64,000 bases of DNA from an uncultured bacterium (GTDB taxonomy: Bacteria; Chloroflexota; UBA5177; JANWHV01). The translations under genes were made by a program, and so were the position numbers. This document shows, one piece after another, positions 9,383-21,178 of the stretch. Below the pieces are notes generated by a model. The model was not told the origin of the DNA. It ran no database searches and saw only the letters and a program-made list of their open reading frames with translations. The stretch lies in contig CAWHAE010000015.1 in assembly GCA_963827235.1 (NCBI GenBank), positions 89,230 to 153,229 of the forward strand. Direction: 5' to 3'. Position 1 is the first letter of the stretch, and each line of letters starts with the position of its first letter.

Positions 9383-12300
9383 CTATTTCAGATAGGGATA
9401 GATCTGGCCCGTATAGCTGCCGTTGTTCAGTGCGTTCAGGGCCTTGTCCCGGAGCGTGCCTTGCGGAAGCGCGTTGACTGCAGCTCGCACATCGGGCAGC
9501 CATCTCGCCAACTTTCCTGCGGGCATGGAACTGGCGTAACGACCGCCTGGACCCCGGTATTTCGCATCCCATGCAACAACCTGATCCTTGACCGGGTCGT
9601 ACGTGATGAAGTCAGGCCCTGGAGCGGTCACCGCGCCGGGCGCTTTGACGCCCATCTGCCCAAGATCATTCGTCGCGTACTGGTAGCCTTGGTACTCGCC
9701 AATTGCGGCGTTCTGATGGATTATGTTCGCGCCGCAATAGGCATTATGCACCAGCACGCGTGCCAACCCCACGAAATAGTCGTGGTCGGCGGCCACGGTG
9801 AGCGTGTACACCACAGCGTACCCGGCGTGCTCGTCGATGGCCAGGATCGTGACGTCCTTGCCCGCCTCGGTGCGTAGCGTGTCGCCGACCCGCAGCTTGC
9901 CGGCTTCCACCCAGTCGGCGTGCTTGCTGCCGGGGCCAGTATCCACGAAGAACGGATGGTTGGCGGTCACCTTGATCGTGCTGCCGTCCGACAGGTGCAG
10001 CGCCAGCAGCGGCGAGACCGGTTTGACGATGAGGGCTTGCACCGGTTCCGCTTCTACCTGCTTGGTGGCAGGGTTCTCCGCCAGGACCTTGTCGCCGACC
10101 TTGAGATCCTCGATGGCCACCGAGCCATGGTCCGTCTGCACCAGCGTGCCCGCCGGGAAGCAGGTCTGATTGGTGCCCCTGCACGCGCCGACACAGGGCG
10201 TCTCACTCTGGTCCCCAGTCTCCGACTCGCGACTCAGTCGCTGGAACGCTTCGGTGAGCTTCTGCCTGGAGGCAGCGGTAGCCTCCTTGACAAACGTCCC
10301 GGCAGCGTCGAGGAACTCCCAGTGCCGCATCCCCTGGTCCGCGATGGCACCGATGATACTGCGGAGGCCGGCCACGGTCGGCGAGACAACCTTGCTCCCG
10401 ACGTAGCGCAGGATGGGTCCGCCGACCAGACTGGTGCTGACGACAAGGGCGGCATCAGCGCAACCCAGCGGCCCGGTGTCACGAGCGGTGCATTGCTTGA
10501 CCGGCATGATGAAGAAGTTGTCCGCGATCAGCGCCGGTGCGTCGATACCGCTTGCCCAGAGGAAGGCCAGGATGTGCGAGCCGCCGCTCGACGAGTTGTA
10601 CCACTGCCGTGTACTCGCCTCATTGCCGTGAATAGCCTCCTCAAGCCAGCCGGCTGCCTGGGACAGCTCGTCGGCGCCGTTGAGGATGTCGCCGCTGATC
10701 GCATTCAGCGCGCACAGGGTGGGCGACTTCTCACAGACGGTCTGGTTCAGGTTCTGGGTGAAGACGATGACACCGGGCTGGAGCTGCCAGGCCTGCAAGA
10801 AGGAGCCCGGTGAACGACCGAGCCGGATGTTGACCGCAGGATCACCGTCAAGGGTGGTCAGCGTGGCAAACTGGGTGCCGGCCTTGGGCGGGAAGTCGTC
10901 GCCGGGCCGGAGGTCCGCATGGACGATGCTACCGGAGCAATCCGGGCTCTCCATGTTGACGTAGTCGTAGTTGCACTTCCAGGAGGGCCAGAGCATGCCG
11001 AACACCTTGGCGTCGCGGATGATCTGGTTGACCTTGGCCGTAAAGCCGTTTCGTGGCGCGTCTGCGCGCTCGATGTCCCAGTATTCACCGTCCTTGAGGT
11101 CGACCACGTCGGCCGCGTAGGTCGATGCGCGCAGAGCCGCCTGGGTATGCCAACAAGACTTGCTCGCGTTTTCCTTGAGCACCGGGATCCAGAAGCCATA
11201 CTGGCCGGCATCGCTCAACACGCTGCTGGAGGCGGTGGAGGATGTCCGGCGCCACACGGAGTCCAGGTAGCCTTGCTGGGCCTGGGCGATCTGACTACCG
11301 AAGAAATAGCTTGCCTGGCCACCGATACTGCTTTCCTCGATGTAGTCGCCGTAGTAGTTGCCGGCATCGAGAGGGAACGTCCACCCCTGTCCACTCGGAT
11401 CCCTCACATCCGTGGGCATATTCCCCGCGTACTGGTAGGGGTCGAGCGTCACCGGCACCTGCGGGTCGGCAGGCAGCGGATCCACGCTCTCGAACTGCCC
11501 CTCGCTGCGGGCTGTACTCCCGGGCCCGCATGTCATAGGTGCCGGCCGCCGCGTCGTAGTACTGGCCGGCGAACCCGAAGGGCTGGCTGCCCAGCAGGCC
11601 GGCGAGCAGCGTGGCGCCGCTGCCGGTGGACGTGTCCGGGTTGGGCCGCGCGTTGCCCCAGGCGTCGTAGGCGCCGGCGCCAATGGTGGCGCCGGTGGGG
11701 TCGGTGACCAGCCGCACGCTGCCCAGCAGGTCCGTGCCCAGGGTGGTGATGCGACCGGTGCTCAGCGTGTAGCCCGCTAGCGGTGCCTGGCCGCTGCCCG
11801 GATTGAGGTAGGCGTAGTCGGCACTGCCATCGGAGACCAGGTCGGACATGCCGGCCGCCAGGTCCTGCGCGCAGTTGGAGAGAGTTGGCGTGCCGCTTGA
11901 GGCGTCGTAGCTGCGCAGGCGACCGCCCTGCCCGTCGTAGACGAAGGTGAGGTTGGTGGTCGGGCCGGTGATGGCCACCAGCTCGTTCCGAAGGTCGTAG
12001 GTGTTGGTGATCGTGCCGGTCTGTCCGGTGCTCCCCACCTGGTTGCCCGCGACATCATACGTATAGGCGGTAGGTTCGCCCGGGCCGACGTCCGAGGCCG
12101 TCGAGGCGCTGGTCAGCTCGTCCGCCGCGTCGTAGCTGTTGGCGGTGACGGTGGTGGAGAGGGCATCGGTGGTGCTCAGGGTCACCGTGCTGGTGATGAC
12201 GGTGCGGTTGCCGGCCCCGTCGTACGCGTCCTGCTCGCTGCTGCCGTCCGGGTAGGTGGCCGATCATCAGCTCGCCCGCCGGGTCGTAGGCAAGGCTGGA

Positions 12301-13098
12301 CGTGCCCCAGGAGTCGTCGATACCCGTGCGCTCGCCCGGCCGCGTCCAGGGTGTCCGTCTGGCTGAACAGCACGGTGCCCGAGATGCTCACCGTGGTGTC
12401 GATGGCCCGGCCGGCGCTGTCGTAGCCCCACACCTGGCTGGTGCCGTTCGCCGCCTGCAGCCGCGTCAGGTTGCCCGCCTTGTCGTAGCTCGCGTGACTG
12501 GTGTTGGGCGCCGCTCCCGGCTGGGTCAGCGTGCTCACCCGCCCCGCCGCGTCGTAACTCCACGTCGCGGTCGTGCCCGTCCGGGTAGGTCAGCGTGGTG
12601 CGCCGGCCCGCCGCGTCATACGTCTCGTGCAGGTGCATGGTCACCTGGCCCGCTGCCGGCGTGCCGGCCGTGGGCGTGGCCGTCGTGACCGTGCCGCTGC
12701 TCGTGGCGGTAGCCGTGGGCTCCGCGGCGGCAGGCCGTCGGCGGCGATCTCCACTACGCGGCCGGCGTCGCGCATGGTCAGCCACAGGTTGCCGGCCTCG
12801 TCGAAGGCGATGCCGGTGGGCACGCTGCCCGCCGGCTGGTCCAGCTGGTACTCGCCGATCCTGCCGCCGGCGTCCAGCCGCCCCACCATGCCCGCCTGCT
12901 GCTCCGTGAACCACAGGCTGCCGTTCGGCCCTACGGCCAGCCGGTCCGCCCCCGCGTTGGCCGTGGGCACGTCGATCTCGCCGAACGTGCCATCGGCAGT
13001 GACGCGGGCGATCTTGTCGTTCGCATACTCGTTCATGAAGACTCTGCAGTCGGGCGCCGTCGCCAGGTAGCCGTTGCCGCCCTCGCTGGCCAGGGAGA
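9383..13098 (-). pseudogene. Orphan Rhs cassette A: partial Vgb + Rhs core + DPSG + linker + HINT + PD-(D/E)xK-like nuclease tip
   Basis: Track ORFs 12641-13168, 12182-12538, 11295-12185 and 9383-11683 join by frameshifts; HINT at 9743-10162; tip GPDFITYD...WDAKY. Confidence 0.85.
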
Positions 13099-15808
13099 TG
13101 GAGACCCCTAGCAGTCGGCAGGCTGGCCGCCATTTGATCCAACACCATGGCCGAACGAGCCTGGCCAACTATTGGCGACTATCCCTCCGCGCGCCGGGGA
13201 TCGTGTTGAAGCTCTCTAGCAACTCCACTGGAAAGCCCGAATCCCGCTGAGGATCCCGCGCAAACCGCAGGTAGAACAGATCCCTGCCCCAGTGCTCGAG
13301 CCGTGCCACGTCCTGGGAGGGCACGGTCGTGGGATCACCGCTAGCAAAATGAGATCTGAGAAGTACATTCCCCCAGTACAACCGAGGTATGAACCTGTCC
13401 ATGGTGTATTCACCGAAGCCGTAGTCGTTCCCGGTGCGATCGTGGTACCTCATGTCGATGAGGTCTGACCGGTATAGACCACCCGCCTTCGGCTCTGACC
13501 AACCCACATCGTACTCAATACAACCGTAAATCGCTGACGTCAACTCCGCGAGGGTCCTGGTGTAGCTCTCCAGGGTCTCCATGCGCTGAGCGATCAGCTC
13601 TCTGCGCATAGCTAGCACTACATGGTTGTCCGCGCCTACAGTCGGCTGCTGACTATAAGCGGTCGGTCCGAGCTTGTGGATGCCCGCGTATACTGCCGGC
13701 CAGTCGCTGTCAGAGATAGCCTTATCGAATAGCTCAAAATAGCGAAAGATCCCGCCCTTGATGGCGCCGAGCCAAGCCTCTAGCAGCTTGTCGCTCAACT
13801 GCGCGCTTCGAGGGGCAATATTCCGTGAGCGCGGACGATTGATGCGCCCGCGGCACTTGAGCGGACGACCGGGGATTCGAACAAACCCAGCAAGTGACTC
13901 AACGAGTTCCCGGAACAGGTCGTCCGAGATCACGCTCCTGGGTTCTTCTCTTCCGAACAGCAGGATCGTGGAGTAGCGAGGTTCCTCCATCATGGCAGCA
14001 CCAAGAGGCTCTCGGGTGATTCGGGCGGCGGTGGTATCGGTATGAGCTTCCCAGTTTGCGGGTCCCGAACATATACGTCGCCTGCATTGCGTATGCGAAT
14101 TGTTCTTGTAAGCTGAGGATTCTTGTTGGCTGCCTGACCTGGCGTTGTAACCTCTCGGATCGCAATCACTTGTTTATCCTGTACGACCACGATGTCCAGA
14201 CGTCTGCCCTGCTCGTCCGCTGCATCGATGATCTTCTTCCCTTTTGAATTCAGAATGTATCGCTCCGTGAGTATCTTTGCACCGGGGAAATCTTGTTTCA
14301 CGATTTGCACGGCCCGAGCTTCCCTGGTCATACTAGTCGCCTTGAGTCTCGCTCCCTTGGACAGCGAGGATTTCAGCTCATCGCGCTCCGCCTGACCGAG
14401 GAGTTCGCTTCTGTCGTTGCTCGTGACAATTACGTTGGTCTCAGCTCGCAGGTCCGCTACCACGCCGTCAGCGGTATCCGAGTCAAGCAGCGCACTGTCC
14501 GCGAAGAGGCTTACCTTGCCGGTCGCGGACAACGCGGAAATCACCTTGATCGGTAACGCATTTATGAGCGTGCCGAGCAATGCGCGGCCCTGACACCAGT
14601 GGTCACTACTTGGGCACTCTGACACGCCACCGAACGCCACCATGTCTATGGCGCAGGCGAGCACGGAGACGCCCAGTGGGCAGGCGCTTACGGGAGCCAC
14701 GTTGCCCGGCGTGGGGACTGCGCACGCATTCCCGGCGCCTGGCACCAGCTTGCACACCCGGTAGCCGATGATACCAGGGAGTTGTTGAGAAGCGAGAACC
14801 AGGTATACATCGGACGCCGTGGACACAAGCAACTGCGAAAATGCGCTGAACACAAAGCGCCTGCCGCTGAGTTCATCGCCGGTTGACAGGGGGTAGCTCT
14901 TGCCTCGCTGCAGGCTGACATGCGGTGTTGCCACGCACTCGGTGCCCCGATGCCAGGACAGTCCACGCTGCGCGGCACTGAGACCAAGGAGGTTCATGTC
15001 CAGGCGCGAACCGATGTCGTAGTCGATGTTGACGATGTCGTACATCTCGCCGTAAACGCTGCCTTGATAGGGCATCGGGTCCATGCTCACTAAATCAGCG
15101 TGAGCAGGCCCCACCAGGTGACCTGCGTTGTCCGGCATGGGGAGCGTCACGTCCGCCATGCTGCTGTGGGTCGTGTCATGAGAGAGGAAGTCGGTCTCGA
15201 TACGTTCCTTGATGAGATCCTCGTCCTGCGTGGTAGCACCGCTGTACACGGCCCATCCCTGCCCGCTCGCGTCCGTCACGTCCGTGGGCACGTTCCCCGC
15301 GTACTGGTAGGGGTCGACGGTCACCGGCACCTGCGGGTTGTAGGACTGTGGATCCTCGCTCTCGAACTGCCCCTGCTGCGGGCTGTACTCCCGGGCCCGC
15401 ATGTCATACGTGCCTGCCGCCGCGTCGTAGTACTGGCCGGCGAACCCGAAGGGCTGGCTGCCCTGCAGGCCGGCGAGGAGCGTGGCGCCGCTGCCGGCGG
15501 ACGTGTCCGGGTTGGGCCGCGCGTTGCCCCAGGCGTCGTAGGCGCCGGCACCGATCAGCGCGCCGCTGGGGTCGGTGGCGAGGCGGACGCTGCCCAGGAG
15601 GTCGGTGCCCAGGGTGGTGCTGCGCTGGGTGCTCAGGGTGTAGCCTGCCAGCGGCGCCTGGCCGCTGCCCGGATTCAGGTAGGCGTAGTCTGCACTGCCG
15701 TCGGAGACCAGGTCGGACATGCCGGCCGCCAGGTCCTGCGCATAGTTGGTGAGCACCGGCGTGCCGCTTGACGCGTCGTAGGCGCGCAGGCGGTCGCCCT
15801 GCCCGTCG
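9743..15808 (-). repeat. Left copy of ~6.07-kb inverted duplication (right copy 53143-59217)
   Basis: Identical 274-aa immunity protein and toxin-B tip; linker+HINT nearly identical. Confidence 0.95.
13169..13993 (-). CDS. Putative immunity protein for cassette B (274 aa)
   Basis: ATGA overlap with the toxin stop; identical copy at 54961-55785. Confidence 0.8.
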   Translation of the reverse strand: MMEEPRYSTILLFGREEPRSVISDDLFRELVESLAGFVRIPGRPLKCRGRINRPRSRNIAPRSAQLSDKLLEAWLGAIKGGIFRYFELFDKAISDSDWPAVYAGIHKLGPTAYSQQPTVGADNHVVLAMRRELIAQRMETLESYTRTLAELTSAIYGCIEYDVGWSEPKAGGLYRSDLIDMRYHDRTGNDYGFGEYTMDRFIPRLYWGNVLLRSHFASGDPTTVPSQDVARLEHWGRDLFYLRFARDPQRDSGFPVELLESFNTIPGARRDSRQ

Positions 15809-16352
15809 TAGACGAAGGCGAGGTTGGTGGTCGGGCCGATGATGGCCACCAGCTCGTTCCGCAGGTCGTAGGTGTTGGTGATCGTGCCGGTCTGTCCGGT
15901 GCTCCCCACCTGGTTGCCCGCGACATCATACGTATAGGTGGTAGGTTCGCCCGGGCCGACGTCCGAGGCCGTCGAGGCGCTGGTCAGCTAGTCCGCCGCG
16001 TCGTAGCCGAAGCTGGAGGTGCCCCAGCTATCGTCGATGGCCGTGCGCTCGCCCGCCGCGTCCAGCGTGTCCGTCTGGCTGAAGAGCACGGTGCCCGAGA
16101 TGCTCACCGTGGTGTCGATGGTCCGGCCGGCGCTGTCGTAGCCCCACACCTGGCTGGTGCCGTTGGCTGCCTGCAGCCGCGTCAGGTTGCCTGCCTTGTC
16201 GTAGCCGGCGTGACTGGTGTTGGGCGCCGCCCCCGGCTGGGTCAGCGTGCTCACCTGACCCGCGGCGTCGTAGCTCCACGTCGCCGTGTGCCCGTCCGGG
16301 TAGGTCAGCGTGGTGCGCCGGCCCGCCGCGTCATACGTCTCGTGCAGGTGCA
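13990..16352 (-). pseudogene. Orphan Rhs cassette B with REase-like tip, no HINT
   Basis: Core starts at HLHETYD; amber stop at 15988-15990; DASG cleavage-motif variant; tip E...GRRLDIVVV...EVT...K..Q. Confidence 0.85.
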
Positions 16353-16414
16353 GTGGAGATTGAGCCCGAACGTCGGGTTCCCTTCAGTGGCTGGCTCGGA
16401 GCCCGATCCGTTTT
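16353..16414. repeat. 62-bp non-coding leader at the 5' edge of cassette B (copy at 19969-20030)
   Basis: 61/62 identical; internal hairpin GAGCCCGA-ACG-TCGGGT(T/A)C. Confidence 0.85.
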
Positions 16415-16787
16415 GGTGCTACTGGCTATCTTTTCACGCTTGTCGGCAGCACTCGGCAACCACGAGAGCGCGGGCTAGCGCGAGAGCGGCAAGACGCGCG
16501 AACGGTCGCGGTGATCGCGAGCCAGCTTGGTGGTAGCTGCATGACCTTGGCTTTGAGGTGGTCATCACACCCAGAGCTCCGGCGGCCTGATCGCACCCGA
16601 AGGCGACCATGCCGTCGGAAGAGATTGCCTGCTGAGCCGGTTTCATGTGACATTTTCGGGCGAGCGATCTGACGGCTGCCTTCACCGTCGCCAACACTGG
16701 AGTTCCTATCAACGCCGGACAACTCAGTAGTTGCGGCCAACTACCCCGAGCGCGACAGCGGACGCCTGCACTGCGCACCCGGACGTG

Positions 16788-17288
16788 CTATGTCAGGGCC
16801 TGCGCAGATATCGACACCACAAAAGGGTCCGTTGGACTCGGTTGGTCGTACTCCACCTGCACCCTTGCGTGCTCCACATGCCAACAGGTGAGCATGCCTG
16901 CAATCTCGCCTTCGGGATAGCCATCGGATCCGTACTTACCGGCGAAGATCGGACTCCCGAGCTGTTCTATGACAGTGGCTACCACGCTGTCATAGAACTG
17001 AGACAGCTCACGGGCAAAGGTGGTGACATCCTCCTCCAGCTTGTCGCCTGGGTAGTCATAAGGGAATGAAACGCTCTGCTTCAACCTTGCCTGAATCCGA
17101 TCAAGTTTCCCTTCCATGTCGAACATAATCTCGATGTCGTATGGGCGTTCACGATCCGCGAATACTAGGCAAAGGTCGGACGGGCCTTCGCTAGATAACC
17201 GAACGTTTGCAGGTAGGATGCACTTAGACCGTGGCATGTGCCAACTCATGCCGAATGTAGTTGGGTTCACGAGATCGACAGGCGACAC
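16788..17288 (-). CDS. Putative immunity protein for cassette C (about 166 aa)
   Basis: GGAGG then GTG at 17288, 26 bp after the toxin stop; acidic; family not recognised. Confidence 0.7.
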   Translation of the reverse strand: MSPVDLVNPTTFGMSWHMPRSKCILPANVRLSSEGPSDLCLVFADRERPYDIEIMFDMEGKLDRIQARLKQSVSFPYDYPGDKLEEDVTTFARELSQFYDSVVATVIEQLGSPIFAGKYGSDGYPEGEIAGMLTCWHVEHARVQVEYDQPSPTDPFVVSISAQALT

Positions 17289-17314
17289 AGCACCTCCAAC
17301 GTTGTGAACGATTG

Positions 17315-19968
17315 CTAGTCCGACATTCCTGCACCCGAGCGATAGAGGACTTCGATCTGACCCGAAGACCACTCGCTTGGGAAGGACGACTGGAGCCAAC
17401 GCGTGTAGTCCTGTACCGCTGCCGGAGCACTGACGTACCACCTCACCCCCTTGAGCCCGTTCTCTTGCACAAACTCAAGCTGCCTCCTCATCTGGTCAGT
17501 CAATTCCGCCGTCTTGGTATCGGACGAGGACTTCACTGGATCAAACCATGATCTATGGTACTCTAGGTCATTCTTACCGACCCACTTTGGATCTTCCACC
17601 CAACCGTCTTGTAGCGCGTCAATGCGGACATGTTGTCCTGCATCTGGACCGGTGGCTAGTTCCCATTCGGTCTCAAACTCGGTCCCAGTTATGGAGTATT
17701 GGTACTTTGGCCAGGCAGCATTTATCGCTCTGCTATACCACCTTATGCCGATAAACGGAGAGACCTGGGCAGCCTGCCCTTCCTGCGGAACGATATTCCT
17801 GGCCAGAGTTGTGGCCTGCTGCGCGCTAATCTGTACCTGGCTACCATTGTCTGCCGCTACTTGTATCTTCCCAGGCGCAGCCTCCTCCGACTCAACAACG
17901 TTGACAGCATCTGCGCCGGACTCGAGAGCAGTGTCAGCCGCCTCAGCTGCGCCGATATCGTCTGGGAGCAGATCTTGCTGAAGGATCGCACGTTCCTTGT
18001 TACTCACTGCCCCGAGAGCATAGAGCGCGGGAAGACAGACGGCAGATGACGATGCTCCCGACGAGCAGTTCTCAAACGCAGCGCTGTAGTCGGGAGGCAC
18101 CCAGCATCCCACGCCTCGTCCGCGCAGGTATGATCCGGCGTGTTGGCCCTTGGTGCACGCCAGATAGCCGACCAGTCCCGGCGCAACTAGGCGTGCAAAT
18201 ATGCGCACCTGCACGCCACCGATCGTGGTGTCGATATGATGTGTGGTGCCGGACGAGCGGGCCGCCCGTTCTGGTCGCAAGAACCTGTCGATGGCCGCTC
18301 CTACGCTATAGGGGTACTCCAGCCCGCGGTATATAGTCAGACCGCCGCGCGGGTAGCATCGCCCCATCCTTTGGCTGCGCATTGTCGAGAATTCAAGGAG
18401 GTCTGCATGGTCTTGCAATGTGCCCAGTCCAGCAAGCTGCTTTTCGTATATGTCGACTAGGCTGGTTGTGTAAAGGCCGTTATGGAACATTAGGTACGCT
18501 GGATCCGTGGGCCACGCTACAACGTCGTAGATCTCGGCGAACGCCTGGCGGTGGAGGTTGGCAAACGGGCTGAAGCTGATTATGTCCGCAGAACCGGACC
18601 CGCCCTCGCCGGTGACGTTTGAGAAGGTGTTCTGCGTCGGGTCCGAAGCCAGGAAATCGTTCACGATCGCGTTCTTGATGAGCGTATCGTCGCCGTTTGG
18701 CCACGCCGCAAAGTAGCCCGCGACCGGGCTGGCCGCCTGTCCACTCGGATCCGCGTCCTCATTGGGCCTGTCGTTGGCATACTCGTAGGACTCACCCGTC
18801 TGGTCCAGCAGCGGATCGACGCTCTCGAACTGCCCCTCACTGGGGCTGTACTCCCGGGCCCGCATGTCATACGTGCCTGCCGCCGCGTCGTAGTACTGGC
18901 CGGCGAACCCGAAGGGCTGGCTGCCCTGCAGGCCGGCGAGGAGCGTGGCACCGCTGCCGGTGGACGTGTCCGGGTTGGGCCGCGCGTTGCCCCAGGCGTC
19001 GTAGGCGCCGGCCCCGATGGTGGCACCCGTCGGGTCGGTGACCACCCGCACGCTGCCCAGCAGGTCGGTGCCCAGCGTGGCGCTGTGACTGGTGCTCAGG
19101 GCGTAGCCGGCCAGCGGTGCCTGGCCGCTGCCCGGATTGAGGTAGGCGTAGTCTGCACTGCCGTCGGAGGCGAGGTCGGACATGCCGGCCTCCAGGTCCT
19201 GCGCGTAGTTGGTGAGAGTTGGCGTGCCGCTTGACGCGTCGTCGGCTGCGCAGGCTGTCGCCCTGGCCGTCGTAGACGAAGGTCAGATTGGTACTGGGGC
19301 TGATCACCTGGATGAGCTGGTTATGCAGGTCGTAGGTATTGGTGATCGTGCCGGTCGGTCCCACGCTGCCCGTCTGGTTGCCCGCGGTATCGTAGCTATA
19401 GGTGGTGGGCTCGCCCGGGCCGACGTCCGAGGCCGTGGAGGCGCTGGTCAACTCGTCCGCCGCGTCGTAGGTGTTGGCGGTCACCGTGGTGGAGAGGGCT
19501 CGGTGGTGGTCAGCGTGACGGTGCTGGTGATCACGGTGCGGTTGCCGGCCGCGTCGTACTGGTCGGCTTCGGTGCTGCCGTCCGGGTAGCTAGCGTTCGC
19601 CAGCTCGCCTGCCCGGTTGTAGCCGAAGCTGGAGGTGCCCCAGCTGTCCTGGATGCCCGTGCGCTCCCCTGCCGCGTCCAGGGTGTCCGTCTGGCTGAAG
19701 AGCACGGTGCCCGAGATGCTCACCGTGGTGTCGAAGGTCCGGCCGGCGCTGTCGTAGCCCCACACCTGGCTGGTGCCGTTGGCCGCCTGCAGCCGCGTCA
19801 GGTTGCCTGCCTTGTCGTAGCCGGCGTGACTGGTGTTGGGCGCCGCCCCCGGCTGGGTCAGCGTGCTCACCCGACCCGCGGCGTCGTAGCTCCACGTCGC
19901 CGTGTGCCCGTCCGGGTAGGTCAGCGTGGTGCGCCGGCCCGCCGCGTCATACGTCTCGTGCAGGTGCA
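17315..19968 (-). pseudogene. Orphan Rhs cassette C with Tox-REase-5-like tip
   Basis: Core broken by frameshifts near 19240 and 19495; DPSG; tip YQYSITG.E..W...IDA...DPK...QMRRQ...VRWYVS. Confidence 0.82.
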
Positions 19969-20030
19969 GTGGAGATTGAGCCCGAACGTCGGGTACCCTT
20001 CAGTGGCTGGCTCGGAGCCCGATCCGTTTT
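19969..20030. repeat. Second copy of the 62-bp cassette leader
   Basis: Matches 16353-16414 with one mismatch. Confidence 0.85.
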
Positions 20031-20350
20031 AGCGCTTTCCAACGGCTTTCATTTCGCGCTTGCCGAGGCCACGCTTGGCCTGCATAACTGCACGAGTTCG
20101 ATGCCTGGCGCGAGCTTCAGCCCCATTCCGCCAGGCCCCGCAGGCCGGCACAGCGGGAGCGCCATGAGAGGCTGGGGAAGGTTGCTGGGTTGAGGCTCGT
20201 GCTCCCCGCTGCCGGATCTAGTCGTGTGCAAAGCCGCGAGCGACGCAACAAACACCAGCACTGCGTAGCACAACCGTTTCCGATCCGAAGGTGTCGGATT
20301 CCGTCGTTCTCCACCTTCCAGCCCGATGCTCCCGCCGTGCTCCCCGGCCG

Positions 20351-21178
20351 TCACTGCTCAGCGCCGCTGCTGGGAAGTCTGAGAGGAAGAATCCGCTTCA
20401 TCACGACCTGCGGAGCTTCCTCGGCCCGGACGGCAGCCTGGGATTCCGGCGCGGGAGCGGCAAACTGAACAAGCGCATGCCTGGCGAAGTTCCGAACTGA
20501 AGGGTCGGCGTCCTGCGCCGCCCTTTGCAGCGCGGCAATGACACCGTCCGACGCAACTCCGGCGTTGCCAAGGGCACCTGCGGCATTTGCACGCACGTCG
20601 CAGAACGGATGGGACAGGGACGCAAGGAGCGCTCCGATCACGCCTGCATCTCGGAACTGCAGCGCGCCGAGCGCCCAGGCGGCTGTCGCCTGTACGTTGG
20701 CGTCCCTATCGGCGAGAGCGGCGAGCAGGGCGTCGCGTGCCTCGCCTGTGCTAAGGCCGAGCCTAGCGATGCTATCCACGACCCAGCCCCGGATGGAAGG
20801 CGACTCGTCGGCAAGCTGCGCGGTCAGGCGATGCAGCACGACTGGATCTCCCTTTCCGATGTCACCAAGCGCTGCAACCGCCGCTTCCCGCACCTCAGGT
20901 TCAGTATCCTCCAGGGCGCCCAGCAATCCTTTGACCGCGCCGGAATCGTGCGATGCCCAAGTGGGCATAGTCAGAGCAGCCAATTCCCGTACGGACGCGT
21001 CGGCGTCGGACAGAGCGTCGAGGTAGGCTGCTGTAGCACGAGTTCTCAGCTGCCCAAGATCGTCTTCCTCACCGTCCGCTAAAGAGCGCAGGCTTGCAAG
21101 CCCCTGGCGTCGTGTGACAGCATCCTCGGCGGCAAGCGCCAGTAATGAGTCGGCGAAACTCAAGATCTGGTCGTCCAT
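20351..21178 (-). CDS. HEAT-repeat protein, putative immunity for cassette D
   Basis: Repeated L.D.D..VR..AA.ALG units; downstream of toxin D. Confidence 0.85.
   Translation of the reverse strand: MDDQILSFADSLLALAAEDAVTRRQGLASLRSLADGEEDDLGQLRTRATAAYLDALSDADASVRELAALTMPTWASHDSGAVKGLLGALEDTEPEVREAAVAALGDIGKGDPVVLHRLTAQLADESPSIRGWVVDSIARLGLSTGEARDALLAALADRDANVQATAAWALGALQFRDAGVIGALLASLSHPFCDVRANAAGALGNAGVASDGVIAALQRAAQDADPSVRNFARHALVQFAAPAPESQAAVRAEEAPQVVMKRILPLRLPSSGAEQ

Noticed and set aside
20049-20354. 101-aa ORF overlapping the HEAT gene stop
   Set aside because: No recognisable motifs or RBS, and it runs into the conserved non-coding leader region
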